Source of the DNA: the human T2T-CHM13v2.0 reference genome, Homo sapiens | Direction: 5' to 3' (one strand) | Length of the DNA: 64,000 bases | Assembly: GCF_009914755.1 (NCBI RefSeq) | Contig: NC_060938.1 | Shown: positions 51,001-64,000 of the stretch, piece after piece | How positions within the stretch are numbered: the first letter of the stretch is position 1 | Layout of the letters: each line of letters opens with the position of its first letter | Made by a program: the position numbers and the translations under genes | Notes under the pieces: generated by a model | The model's database searches: none | Seen by the model: only the letters and a program-made list of their open reading frames with translations | What the model was told of the DNA's origin: nothing

Positions 51001-54000
51001 ATGGAATGGACTGGAATGGAATGGAGTGGAGTGGAATGGAATGGAATAGAATAGAATGGAGTGGAGGGGAGTGGAATGCAGTTGAGTAGAATGGAATGGA
51101 GTGGAGTGAAATTTAGTGGAGTGGAGTGGAAAGGAGTGGAGTGGAGTGGAAAGGAGTGGAGTGGAGTGGAATGGAGTGGAATGTAGTGGAGTGGAATGGA
51201 GTGGAGTGGAAGGGAATGCAGTGTAGTGGGACAGAATAGAGTGGAATGGAGTGCTGTAGAGTGGCGTAGAATGGAGTGGAGTGGAATAGAGTGGAGTGAA
51301 ATGGAATGGAATGAGATGGAATGGAGGGGAATGAATGTAGTGGAAAGCAGTGGAATGGAATGCAGTGGAGTGGAATAAAATGGACGGGAGTGGAATGGAA
51401 TTGAATGGAGTGGAAAGGAACGGAATGGAACGGAATGGAATTGAATGGCATGGAGAGGAGTGGAGTGGAGTGGTGTGGAGTGGAATGCAGTGGAATGGAG
51501 TAGAATGGAGTAGAGTGGAATGGAATGTAGTGGAGTGGAGTGGAATGGAGTGACTGGAAAGGAATGTAATGGAAATGAGTTAAATGGAGTGGAGTGGAAT
51601 TGAGTGCAGTGGAATGGAGTAAAATGGAATGGAATGGAATGGATTGGAATGGAGTTGAGTGGAATGAAATGGAATGGAATGGAAAGGAATGGAGTGGAAA
51701 TGAATGGAGTGAAGTGGAATGGAATGAAGTGGGGTGGAGTGGAATGGAATGGAATGGAATGGATTGGAACGAAGGGGAGTGGAGTGGAATGGAGTGGACT
51801 GAAATGGAGAGAGTGAAATGGATTGGAGTGGAGTGGACTGGAATGGAATGGAGTGGAATGGAATGGAGTAGAATGGAGTGAAATGGAAGGCAGTGTAGTG
51901 GAATGGACTGGAGTGCAGTGAAGAGGAGTGGAATGCAATGGAGTGTAGTGAGATGGAGGGCAGTGGAGTAGAATGGAGTAGAATGGAATGTAATGGAGAG
52001 GAATGGAGTGGAATTTAGTGGAGTGAAGTGGAATTTAATGGAGTGAAGTGGAATGGAGTGGAGTGGAGTGGAATGGAATGTAGTGTACTGGAATGTAATG
52101 GTGTGGAGTGTAATGGAGTGGAGTGGAATAGAGTGGAGTGGAGTGGAGTGGAATGGAATGGAATGGAGAGGAATGGAGTGGAGTGAAATGGAATGGAGTG
52201 GAGTGGAATGGAGTAGAATGGAGTGAATAGAGTCTAATGGAATGGAATGGAGTTGAGTGGAGTGGAATCGAGTGGAGTGGAGTGCAATGGAGTTGAGTGG
52301 AGTGGAGTGGAGTGCAGTGGAGTTGAGTGGAGTGGAGTGGACTGCAATGGAATGGAATGGAGTTCAGTGGAATGCCATGAAATGGAATGGAATGGAAAGG
52401 AATGGAATGGATCGGAATGGAATAGAGTGGAGTGGAGTGGAACGGAATGGAGTGCAATGGAAAGGAGTGGAACTTTATGGAATGGAATGGGGTGGAATGG
52501 AATATAATGGAATGGAATGAAATGGAATGGAATGGAGTGAAGTGGAGACTAATGTAGTGGATTGCACTGGAGTGGAATGGAATGCAATGGAAAGGAGAGG
52601 AATGGAGTGGACTGGAAATGAGTGGAGTGGAGTGGAAGTGACTGGAGTGGAGAGGAATGGAGTGGAGTGCAACGGAATGGAATGGAATGGAGTGGAATGG
52701 AATGGAGTGGAGTAGAATGGATTTGAGTGGAATGGAATGGAATGGAGTGGAGTTGACTGGAATGGAATGGAAAGGAAAGGAATGGAATGGAATGGAATGG
52801 ATTGGTGAGGAGTGGAATGGAATGGAATGGAATGAAAAGGAGTGGAGTGGAATGGAATGGAGTGGAGTGGAATTGAATTGAGTGGAATGGAAAGGAGTGG
52901 AGTGGAATGGAACTGAGTGGAATGGATTGGAATGGAATGGACTGGAGTGGAATGGAGTAGAGTAGAATGGAGTGGTGTGGAGTTGAATGGAATGGAATGG
53001 AATGGAACGGAAGGGAATGGAGTGGAGTGCCATGGGGTGGAGTGGAATGGAATGGATTGGAAAGGAATGGAGTGTAGTCAAATAGAGTGGATTGGAATGC
53101 AATGAATTTGAGTGGAATGGAAAGGAATGGAATGGAAAGGAGTGGAATGGAGAGTAATGGAGTGGAGTGGATTGGAATGGAATGGAGTAGAGTGGAGTGG
53201 AGTGGAGTGGAATGTAATGTAATGAAATGGAATGGAATGGAATGGAATCGAGTGGAGAAGAGTGGAAAGGAAAGGAGTGGAATGCAGTGGAACGGACTGA
53301 TATGGAATGAAATGGAATGGAATGGAAAGGAATGGAATGTAATGGAATGGAATGGAATGGAATGGAATGGAATGGAATGGAATGGAATGGAGTGGAAAGG
53401 AATGGAATGCAATGGAATGGAACGGAATGGAATGGAATGGAATGCAATGGAATGGAATGGAATGGAATGGATTGGATTGGAATGGAATGGAATGGAGCGA
53501 GTGGATTAGAGTGTAGCAGTGTGGAGCCGAATGGAGCTGAATGGAATGTACTGAAGTGGAACAGAATGGAATAGACTGGGGCAGAATTGGAGTGGAGAGG
53601 AATGGAGTGGAGTGGAATGGTGTGGATTTGAGAGGAATGGAGTGGAGTGGAATGGAATGAAATGGAGTGGAATAGAATGGAATGGAATGGAGTGGAGTAC
53701 AATGGAGCGGAGTGGAGTGGAATGGAGTGGAGTGGAATGGAATGGAATGGAGTGGAGTCGAATGCAGTGAACTGCAGTGGAGTGGAGGGTAGTTGAGAGG
53801 AATGGAGTGGAATGGAATGGAGTGGAGTGCTTTGGATTTGAATGGAGTTGAGTGGAATGGAATGGAGTGTGGTGGAATAGAATGGAGTGGAATGGAATAG
53901 AATGGAGTGGAATGGAGTCCATTGCAGTAGAGTGGAATGAAGTGGAGTGAAATGGATTGGAATGGATTGGAGAGGAGCAGAAGGGAATGGAATGGATTGG

Positions 54001-56669
54001 AATCAAATGAAGTGGGATGGAGTGGATTGGTGTGGAGTGGAGTGGAATGGAGAGGAATGGAATGGAATGGAGTGGAATGGAGTGGAATAGAGTGTAGTGG
54101 CCTGGAATGCAGTGTAGTGGAGTGAAGTGGTGTGGAATGGAATGGAATGGAATGGAATGGAATGGAATGGAATAGAATGGAGGGGAAAAGAATAAAATGG
54201 AATGGAAAGGAAAGGAATGGAATGGCGTAGAGTGTAATGGAATGGAGTGGAGTTGACTGGAATGGAGCAGAATAGAATGTAGTGGAGTGGAATGGAGTGC
54301 AGCGGAGTAGAAGGGAGTGGAGTGGAATGGAATGGAATGAAATGGAGTGGAATGGATTCGAATGGAGTGGAGTAGAACGGAGTTGATTGGAGTGGAGTGT
54401 AATGGAATGGAGAGATTTTGAATAGAGTGGAGTGGAGTGGAATGGAGAGAAATGTAATGAAGTGGAGTGGAATGGATTGGAATTGAGTAGGTTGGGGTCG
54501 AATTGAATGGAGTGAGGTTGAATGAAATGGAGTGGAATGGAATGGAGTGGAATGAAATGGATTTGAGTGGAATGGTCAGAAATGGAATGGAGTGGACTGG
54601 AACGGAAAGAAATTCACTTTAGTAGAGTGGAGTGGAGTGGGGAGTATTGAGGTGCAATGGAGTGTAGCTGAGAAGAGTAGAGTGGAGTGGAATGGAATCG
54701 AGGGGAGTGGCGCGGCATAGAGTAGGATGGAGTGGACAAGAGTGGAGTCGAATGGATTGGAGTGGAGTGAAAATGTAATGGAGTGGAAAGCAATATAATG
54801 GAATGGAATGGAGTGGAATGCAGTGGTGTGGAATTGAGTGGAGTCTAATGGAAAGGAGAGGAATGGAGTGGAATTGAGTGGAATGGAATGGAGTGGAATG
54901 GAATGGTAAAGAATGGAGTGGAAAAGAGTGGAGTGGACTGGAATGGGATGGATTGGAATGGAATGGAGTGGAATGGAATGGAAAAGAATGGAATGGAAAG
55001 GAGTGGAGTGGACTGGAATGGAATGGATTAGAATGGAATGAAATGGAGTGGACTGGAATTGAGTGGAGTGGAGTGGTGCAGAATGGAATGAAGTGAAGTT
55101 CAGAGGAGTGGAATGGAGTTGAATAGAATGGAATCGAATGCAACGTAATGAAATAGATTGGAGAGAAATGGAATGGTATGACGTGGAGTGGAATGGAATG
55201 GAATGGAATGGAGTGGAATATAATGAATGGAATGGAATGGAATGAAATGAACTGGAATGGAAAGGAATGGAATGAAATGGAATGGAATGGAGTGGAGTGC
55301 AGTGGAGTGGAATGGAACGTAGTGGCATGGAGAGGAATGGAGTTGAATGGAGTGGATTAGAATGCAGTTTAGTGGATTGGAATGGAATGGAGTGGAATGG
55401 AATGGAATGGAATGGAAGGGAGAGGAGTGGAATGGAGTGGAGTATAATGCAGTGGAGTGGAATGGAGTGGAGAGGGGTTGAATGAAGTGGAGTAAAATGG
55501 AATTGAGTGGAGTGGAGTGGTATGGAATGGAGTAGAGTGGAAAGGAGTGGAGTGGAATGCAAAGGAGGGGAGTGGAATGGAGTGGAATGTCATTGGGTGG
55601 AGTGGAATTTAATGGAATGGAATGGAGTGGAGTGGAAAGGATTTGATTGGAATGCAATGGAATGGAGTGGAATTTAGTGGAGTGGAATCGAGTGGAGTGG
55701 AGTGGAATGGAGGGGAGTAGAAAGGAGTGAATTTAAATGGAATGGTGTGTAGTGGAGTATAATGGAGTGGAATGGAATGGAGTTGTGTGTAGTGGAATAA
55801 AGTGGTGTTCAGTGGAGTGGAGTGGAGTGGTGTGGAATGGAATGGAGTGGAGTGGAGTGTAATGGTATGAAATGGAATGGAATGGATGCAGTGGAAGGCA
55901 GTAGAGTGGAATAGAATGCTGTGGAGTGGAACGGAGTGGAGTGCAATGGAATGGCGTGAAGTGGAGTGTAGTGGAAGTGTGTGGAGTGGAATGAAATGGA
56001 GAGTAGTGGAGTGGAATGGAGTGGAGTGGAATGGAATGAAGTGGAGTGGAACAGAGTGGAGTGGAGTCGAATGGAGTGGAATGGAATGGAATGGAGGGGA
56101 ATTTAATGGAGTGGAGAGGAGTGGACTGGAGTGGAGTGGAAGGCAGGTGAATGGAATGGAATTGAGTGGAACAGAATAGAATGGAATAGCAAGGAATGGA
56201 GTGGAATGGAGAGGAGTGGAGTAGAATGTAGTGGAGTGGAGTGGAATGGAGTGGAAATGAGTAGAGTGGAATGGAAAGGAGTGGAATGGAATGGAATGGA
56301 ATGGAGTGGAATGGAATGGAATGGAGTGGAGTGGAATTAAGCGGAGTGGAACCGAGGGTAGTGGAGTGGAATGGGGTGGAGTGGAATGGAGTGGATTGGA
56401 ATGGAGTTGATAGGAATGCATTCGAGTAGAATAAAATGGAGTGGAATGGAGAGGAATGGAATGGAATGGAGTGGAATGGAATGCAATGGAGAGGGGTGTA
56501 CTGGAGTGGAGTGGAGTGGATTGCAGTAGAAGGGAATGAAATTGATTGGAATGGAATGGAATGGAATGGAATGGAATGGAATGGAATGGAATAGCAAAGA
56601 AAGGAATGGAATAGAGTGCAGTGGAGCGGAGTAGAGTGGAGTTGAGTGGAATGGAATGGAATGGAGTGG

Positions 56670-56870
56670 AGTCGAATTTAGTGGAGTGGAATCAAGCGGA
56701 GGGGAGTGGAATGTAGTGGAGTGGAATGCAGTGGAGGAGAGTGTATTGGAGTGGAGTGGAGTGGATTGCAGTGGAATGGAACGGAATCGATTGGAATGGA
56801 ATGGAAAGGAGTGGAATTTAGTGGAGTGGAATCGAGCGGAGGGGAGTGGAAAGGAGTGTATTGGAATGGA
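56670..56870 (+). repeat. Repeated segment at 140-bp offset
   Basis: GAATTTAGTGGAGTGGAATC(A/G)AGCGGAGGGGAGTGGAA at about 56674 and 56814. Confidence 0.75.
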
Positions 56871-59800
56871 ATGGAGTGATATGGAATGGAAAAGAATGGA
56901 GTGGAAAAGATTGGAGTGGACTGGAATGGAATGGAGTGCAATGGAATGGAGTGGTGTGGAAAGGAATGGAGTGGAGAGGAGTGGAGTGGAATGGAGTGGA
57001 GTGAAATGGAGTGGAGTGGAATGGAGTGGTGTTAAATGGAATGGAATGGAGTGCAGTGGAGTGGCGGTGATTGCAGAGAAGTGGAGTGGAATGGAATGGA
57101 GTGAAGAGGAAAGGAGAGCACAAAATTAAATGGAGTGCAGCGGAATGTAGTGGAGTGGAAGGGAATGGAATGGAATGAAGTGGAGTGGAATGGAGTGGAA
57201 TGGAATGGAATGGAATGGATTGGAATGGAATGGAATGTAGTGGAATGGAGTGGTATGGAATGCAATGCAGTAGAGTGGAGTACAGTGGAGAAGAATGGAG
57301 TGGAATGGAATGTAATGGAGTTGAAAGGAATGTAAAGGAGTGGCATAAAATGGAGTGGAGTGGAATGGAATGGAATGGAGTAGAGTGGAGTACAGTAGAA
57401 TGCAATGGAATGGATTGGAATGGCAGGGAATGGAATGGCACAGAATTTAAAAGATTGGAATGGAGTTCAGTGGAAGGGAATGGAGTTGATGGGAATGGAG
57501 TGGAATGGAGTGGAGTGGATTTGAGTGGATTGGAGTGGAATAGAGTGGAGTGGAATGGATTAGGATTGGAATGCAGTGGATTGGAATCGAGTGTAGTAGA
57601 GTGGAAGGGATTGGAGTGGAATGGAGTGGAGTGGGGTGGAATGGAATGGAGTGGAGTGGGGTGGAATGGAATGGAGTGGGGAGGAGTGGACTGGAGTGAA
57701 GTGGAGTGGAATGAAGTGGAATTGAATGTAATTGAGTAGAATGGAATGGAATGGAAAAACAATGAATGGAATGGAGTGGCGTGGAGTGAAGTGGATTGGT
57801 TTGGAGAGGAGTGGAATGGAATAGAGTTGAATGGCGTGGAAAGGAATGGAGAGGAATGGAATGAAGTGGAATGGAATGGAGTGGAGTGGAATGGAGTGGA
57901 ATGGAATGGAATGGGGTGGAGTGGAATGGAGTGGAAAGAAATGGAATGGAGTGGAGTGGAAAGGCGAGGAGTGGAATGGAGTGGATTGGAATGCAGTTGT
58001 GTGTAGTGGAGAGGAGTGGAGTGGAATGGAATGGAGTGGTGGGGAGTGGAATAAAGTGGAGTGCAGTGGAGTGGAGTGGCGTGGAATAGAATGCAGTGGA
58101 GTGGAGTGGAGTGGAGTGGAATGGAGGGGAGTGGAATGGAGTGGAGTGGAATGGAATGGGGTGGAATGGAATGGAATGGAGCAGAGTAGCGGTGATTGCA
58201 GAGAAGTGGGGTGGAATGGAATGGAGTGGAGTGGAATGCAGAGCTGTGAAATGGAGTGGAATGAAGTGGAATGGAATGGAATTAAGTCTGGTGGAATGGA
58301 GTGGAGTGGAATGGAGTGGATAGCAGTGAAATGTAAGTGAAAGGAATGGAATTGAATTAAGAAGGATGGAATGGAGTGGAGTGGCATGGAGTGAAGTGCA
58401 GTGGAATGGAATGGAAAGGAATGGAATAGAACGGAATGAAGGGGAATGGAATGGAGTGGAATGGAGTACAATGGAATGAAGTGGAGTAGAAAAATATGGA
58501 GTGGATTGGAATGGAATGGAACACAGTGGAATGGAATGGAGTGGAGAGGGCTGGAGTGGAGTGGAGTGGAGTGGAATGCAGTGGAATGAAATGGAATTCA
58601 GTGGAATAGAGTGGAATGGAGAAGAGTGGAGTGGAATATAATGGAATCGAAAGGAGTTGAGTGGAACACAATGGAGTCGAGTGGAATGGAGTGAAGTGTA
58701 GTGTTATGGTGTGGAGTGGAGGGAATGGAATGGAATGGAAAGGAGTGGAGTGGAATTGATTGGAATGCCATTGAGTGGAGTGGATTAGAGTGGAGAGCAA
58801 TAGAGTGGAGTGGAGTAGAGTGGAATGGAATGGAATGGAGAGGAGTGGAATGGAATAGAGTGGAATGGAGATCATTGGAATGGAATGGAGTGGAGTGGAA
58901 TGGAATGGAGTGGAACGGAATGGATTTGAAGGGAATGTAGCAGAGTGGAATAAAATGGAGTGGAGAGGAATGGAATGCAATGGAGTGGAATGGAATAGAG
59001 TGGAATGGAATGAAGTGGAGTGGTTTGGAGTGGAATAGAGTGGAATGGAAGTAACGGAGATGAAGGGAATGTAGTGGACAGGAATAAAATAGAGTGGAAT
59101 GGAATGGAGTTGAATGGAGTGGAATGGAAAGGAATGGAGTAGAGTGGAGTGGAGTGGATTGGAGTGGTGTGGAGTGGAGTGGAATGGAATGGAGTGGAGT
59201 GGAAAGAAAGGGGTGGAGTGTCGTGGAATGGAGTGGAATGGAATGGAGAGGAATGGAGTCAAATGGAGAGGATGGGTGTCGAATGGAATGGAGTGGAGTG
59301 GAATGGAGTGGAATACAGTGGAGTTCACTGGAATGGTATGGAGTGGAATGGAATAGAATGGAGTGGAATGAAAAGGAATGGAGTGGATTAGAATGGAGTT
59401 GAGTGGAGTGCAGTGGATTGGAATGGAACGAAGTGGATAGTAAAGAAATGAAGTGGAGTGGAAAGGAATGGAGTGGAGTGGAATGGAATTGAGTGGAGTG
59501 AAATGAAATGGAGTGGATTGGAGTAGAGTGGACTGGAGTGGAAAGGAATGGAGTAGAGTAGAGTTGAGTGGAGTGGAATGGAGTGGAATTGAATGAAGTG
59601 GGGTGGAATAGAATGCAGTGGAGTAGAATGGAATGGAGTAGAGTGGAGTAGAGTGTTGTGGTGTGGAGTGGAGTGGAGTGGAATGGAATGGAATGGAGTT
59701 GAAGTCAATGTAGTGCAGTGGAATAAAATGGAGGGTGGTGGAATGGAATGGAATGGAATTGAATGGAGTCAAATGGATTGGAGACAAGTGGAATGAAATG

Positions 59801-61569
59801 AAATGGAACGGAATGTAATGGAAATGAATGTAATGGAATGAAATGAAATGGAGTGGAGTGGAATGGAATGGAGTTGAAGGGAATGTTGTGGAGTGGAATA
59901 AAATGGAGTAGAGTGGAATGGAATAGAAGGGAGTGGAATGGAAGGTAGTGGAGTGGAATTCAAGGGAATGCAATGGAGTGGAGTGGAATGGAGAGGAGTG
60001 GAATGCAGTTTAGTGGAATAGAATAGAATGGAGTGGAATGCAGCGGAATGAAATGGAATGGAGTGGAGTGGAGAGGAATGGAATGGAGTGGAATGGAATG
60101 GAATGGAATCAATGGAATGGAATCAATGGAATGGTGTGGAATGGAGTGTAATGCAGTGGAATAGAGTGCTGGAGAGGGGAATAGAATGGAGTGGAGTGGA
60201 ATGGATTTGAGTGGAGTAAAATGGAGTGGACTGTAGTAAAATGGAGTGGATTGGAGTTGAGTGAAATGGAATGGAATAGAATGCACGGGAATTGAATTTA
60301 ATAGAATATAGAGGAATGGAGTGTAGTGTAGTGTAATGGAGTGGAGTGGAATGGAGTTGATTTCAGTGGAGTGGAGTGGAACTGAGTGGAGTGGAGTGCA
60401 GTGGAATGGATTGGACTGGAATAGAATGGAGTGGAGTGGAATGGAGTGGATTAGAGTCGAGTGGGCTTGACTGGAATGGAGTGGCATTGAATGGAATGGA
60501 GGTGAGTGGAGTGGAGCGGAATAGAATGCAGTGGAGTGGAATGGAACGGGATGGAATGGAGTGGACCGGAATGGAAAGGAGTGGAGTGTAGTAGTGAGGA
60601 GTAGAAGGTATTGGAGTGAAATGGAATGGAGGGTAGTGGAGTGGAGTGGAGTGGAATGGAATGGAGTGTAGAGGAATGGAGTGTAGTGGAGTGGAAAGGA
60701 ATGAAGTGGAGTGGAATGGAATGGAAACGGTTGGAATGGAGTGGACTGGAATGGACAGGAGTTGAATGGAAGGGAATGGATTAGAAATGAGAGGAGTGGA
60801 GTGGACTGGAAGGGAGTGGATTGGAGTGGAATATCATGGAGTGGAATGGAATGGTTTGGAGTGGAATAGAAAGGAGTGGAGTGGAATGGAATGGAATGGA
60901 GTGGAGTGGAATGGAATGGGATGGAATGGAGAGGCATGGAATGCAATGGAATAGAATGGAATGGAAGGGAATGTAATGAATTGGAGTGGAGTGGATTAAA
61001 ATATAATGCATTTGAGTGGAGTGGAATGGAGTGGAATGGAATGGAATGGAGTAGAATGGAATGGAGTTGGGTGGAATGGAATGGAATGGAAAGGAGTTGA
61101 AGGGAATGTAGTGGAGTGGAATAAAATAGAGTGGAGTAGAATGGAATAGAATGGACTGGAATGGAATGTAGTGGAGAGGAATTGAAAGGAATGCAGTGGA
61201 ATGGAATGGAATGGAGTGGAGTGGAATGGAATTTATTGGAATCGAATGGAAGGGAGTGGAATGGAATGGAGTGGAGTGGAGGCGAGTGGAGTGGAGTGGA
61301 ATGGTGTGGAGTATAGGGGAATGGAATGGAGTGGAATGGAATGGAATGGAGTGGAGTGGAGTGGAATGGAATGGAATGTCATGGAATGGAATGGAATGAA
61401 ATGGAATGGAATGGAATGGAATGGAATGGAAAGGAATGGCATTGAATGGAATGGAATGGAGTGGAGAGGAGTGGAGTGGAATGGAATGGAATGAAGTGGA
61501 ATAGAGTTGAATGGAGTGGAAAGGCACGGAATGGAGTGAAGGACATTGGAATCGAATGGAGTGGAGAGT

Positions 61570-63280
61570 TATGGAAGGTAGTGGAGTGGAATGAAGTGGA
61601 CTGTAGTGGAATGGAGTGGATTGGAATAGAGTGAAGTGAAATGGAATGGAATGGAAGTTAATGGAGTAGAATGGAATGGAGTGGTGTGGTATGGAAGGGA
61701 GTGGAGTGGAATGAAGGGGACTGGAGTGGAATGGAGGGGATTGGAATACAGTGAAGTGAAATGGAATGGAATGGAGTGGAGTGGAGTGGACTGGAGTATT
61801 GTAGAATGGAATGGAATGCAATGGAGAGCAGTGGAATGGAATGTAGTGAATTGGAATGGAATGGAGTGCAATGGAATGGTATGGAATGGAGTGGAGTGGA
61901 ATGGAGTGGAGTGGAAGGGAATGGACTGGAGTAGATCAGAGTGGTGTGGAGTGGAATGGAGTGGAGTAGAATGGAATGGAATTGAATGGAATGGAAAGGG
62001 ACGGAATGGAATGGAACGGAGGGGAGTGGATTAGAATGGAGTGGAGTAGAGTGGAATGGAGTGGAAAAGAGTGGCGTGGAATGGAATGGAGTGGAATGGA
62101 ATGGAATGGACTGGCATGGAGTGGAATGGAATGGAGTGAAGTGGAATGGAGTGGAGAAAAATGGAGTGGAATGGAGTGGAGTGAAATGGAATGGGGTGGA
62201 GTGGAGTTGAATGGAATGGAGTGGAGCGGAGTGGTGAGGATTGGAATGGAGTGGAGTGGAGTGGAGTTGAGTGGAGTGGAATGGAGTGGAGAGGAATAGA
62301 ATTGGGTGAAATGGAAGGGAAAGGAGTGGAATGGAGTGGATTGGAGTGCAGTGGAGTGGCATGGAATGTATTTCAGTGGAATGTAATGGAATGGAAGGGT
62401 GGAGTGGAATGGATTGGTGTGGGGTGAAATGGAATAGAATGGAATGAAGTGAGTTGGAATGGAATGGAGTGGAAAGGAGTGGTGTGGAGTGGAATGGTAT
62501 GGAATGGAGTGGAATGGATAGGAATGTAATGGAGTGGAATAGATTGTAATGGAATGCAGTGGAGTGGAATAAATGGAGTTGAGTGAAATGAAATGGAATT
62601 TAGTGGAAAGGAATGGAGTGGAATGGAGTGGAGTGTATAGGAATGGAGTGGAATGGACTGGAATGGAGTTGTATGGAGTGGTAGGGAGAGGATTCGTGTG
62701 GAATGGAATGGAGTGGAATGGAATGGAGTGGAATGGATTTTAATGGAGTGTAATGGATTGGAGTGGAATGGAATGGAATGGATTGCAGAGGAATCGAATG
62801 GTGTGGAGTGGAATGGACTGGAGTGCAGTGGAATTGAGAGGAATTGAACGAAATTTAGAGGAATATAGTGGAATTGAGGGAAGTGGAGTGGAATGGAATG
62901 GAGTGGAGTGGAATGGTATGAAGTGTTGTGGAGTGGAATGATACGGAGTGTTGTGGAGTGGAGAGGAATGGAATGGATTGTAATGGAATGGAGTGGAATA
63001 GAGTTGAAAGGAGTGGAATGGAGTGCAGGACAGTGGAATGGAATGGAGTGGAGTGGTATGGAAGGGAGTGAGTTGGAATGAAGTGGACTGCAGTGGAATG
63101 GAGTGGATTGGAATAGAGTGAACTTAAATGGAATGGAATGGAATTTAATGGAGTGGAATGGAATGGAGTGGAGTGGTATGGAAGGGAGTGGAGTGGAATG
63201 GAGTGGACTGGAGTGGAATGGAGTGGATGGGAATACAGTGAAGTGAAATGGAATGGAATGGTTTGGAATGGAATTTAATG
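61570..63280 (+). repeat. 120-bp dimer at about 61570-61790, repeated at about 63050-63280 (offset 1487)
   Basis: GTGAAGTGAA 61631/61751; GAGTGGTATGGAAGGGAGTG 63051/63171; GAATAGAGTG 61624/63111 and GAATACAGTG 61744/63231. Confidence 0.82.
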
Positions 63281-64000
63281 GAGAGGAATGGAATGGAGTG
63301 GGTGGATTGAAGTGAAGTGGAATGGAGTGGAATTCAGTGGAGTGCAGTGAAATTGAGTGGAATAGAGTAGAATGGATTGGAGTGGAATGGAATGTTGTGA
63401 AGTGTAATTGATTAGGATTTAGTCGAGTGGACCTGAATCAAATGGAGTGGAGTAGAATGGGATGTAGTGGAGTGGAGTGGAATTGAATGGAGTAGAGTGG
63501 AATGGAATGGAATGGAATGGAGTGGACTGGGATGGAATGGATTGGAGTGGAATGTAGTGGAATTGAGTGGAGTGGAGTGGATTGGAATAGAGTGGAATGG
63601 AATGAAATGCAGTAGAATGGAATAGAGTAGAGTGGAATGGAATGAAGAGGGTGGAGTAGAGTGGAGTGGAGGGGAATGTAGTGGAATTGAGTGTACTGGA
63701 GCGGAGTGGAGTGGATTGGAATGGAATGGAGTGGAGTGGAATGGAGGTGAACAGAATGGAGTGAAGTGGAATTGAGTGGAGTGGAATGGAATTGAGTGGA
63801 GTGGAGTGGAAACGTGTGGAATAGAATGATGTGAAGTGGAATGGAGAGGATTGACGAGGAATGGAGTGGAGTGGATTGAAATGGAGTGGAATGGAATGCA
63901 GTGGAGTGCACTGAAATTTAATAGAATGGAAAGGAATGGAATGAAATAGAATGGAATGGAATGGAATGGAATGGATTGGAGTGCAGTGGAAAGTAATGGA

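Larger units (their letters stand above)
1..64000 (+). repeat. Satellite III (HSat3-type) diverged (GGAAT)n/(CATTC)n pentameric satellite array, purine-rich strand on +
   Basis: 5-bp periodic GGAAT/GGAGT monomers from the first to the last base, with strong purine strand asymmetry. CpG is sparse and the HSat2-type GAATCGAATG unit is only sporadic, favouring HSat3 over HSat2. Species, chromosome and subfamily cannot be fixed by eye. Confidence 0.96.

Noticed and set aside
51111-60250. Very short duplications (20-mer at 51121-51170, 30-mer at 52281-52340, 14-mer at 60107-60134, 20-mer at 60211-60250)
   Set aside because: They are mostly built from common monomers and are ordinary slippage or chance; not individually informative.
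241-63081. Many short plus-strand MEWNG/VEWSG ORFs
   Set aside because: ATG is built into GGAATGG and the peptides are direct translations of the repeat; they are not genes.
1-64000. CRISPR-like array or other repeat-spacer system
   Set aside because: There is no constant repeat with unique spacers and no associated genes; variation consists of substitutions and slippage in a 5-bp monomer.
1-64000. HSat2, alpha satellite, telomeric repeat or GGAA microsatellite
   Set aside because: No regular GAATCGAATG-type HSat2 unit, no 171-bp monomer or CENP-B box, no TTAGGG array, and the period is 5 rather than 4.
1-64000. Transposon insertion or strand inversion
   Set aside because: No Alu, L1 or LTR sequence, poly(A) tail or pyrimidine-rich block was seen on the + strand.
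1-64000. Assignment to DYZ1, chr9 HSat3 or another named array
   Set aside because: No homogeneous 3.6 kb unit is evident and the array is too GGAGT-rich and diverged to place by eye; this needs k-mer mapping.
1-64000. A coded binary pattern in GGAAT versus GGAGT order
   Set aside because: No regularity was visible beyond the duplications listed; A/G transition drift plus local amplification explains it.

Overview
The whole 64-kb window is one uninterrupted pentameric satellite array, (GGAAT)n on the + strand and (ATTCC/CATTC)n on the - strand, with frequent GGAGT, GCAAT, GGATT, GAAAT, AGAAT and GTAAT variant monomers. This matches human (or great-ape) Satellite III (HSat3) heterochromatin. 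I saw no strand inversion, transposon insertion, unique sequence, RNA gene or credible protein-coding gene; all listed ORFs are translations of the pentamer. The informative content is internal structure read from rare landmark k-mers: a ~2.5-2.8 kb tandem duplication at the left end, recurring ~5.4-6.2 kb paralogy offsets, two young ~1 kb tandem duplications, many 20-185 bp micro-duplications, a shift to GGAGT-rich sequence after ~29-30 kb, and a few G-quadruplex-type motifs. I found no evidence of a novel gene-encoded system. Offsets were counted by eye and block boundaries are approximate.
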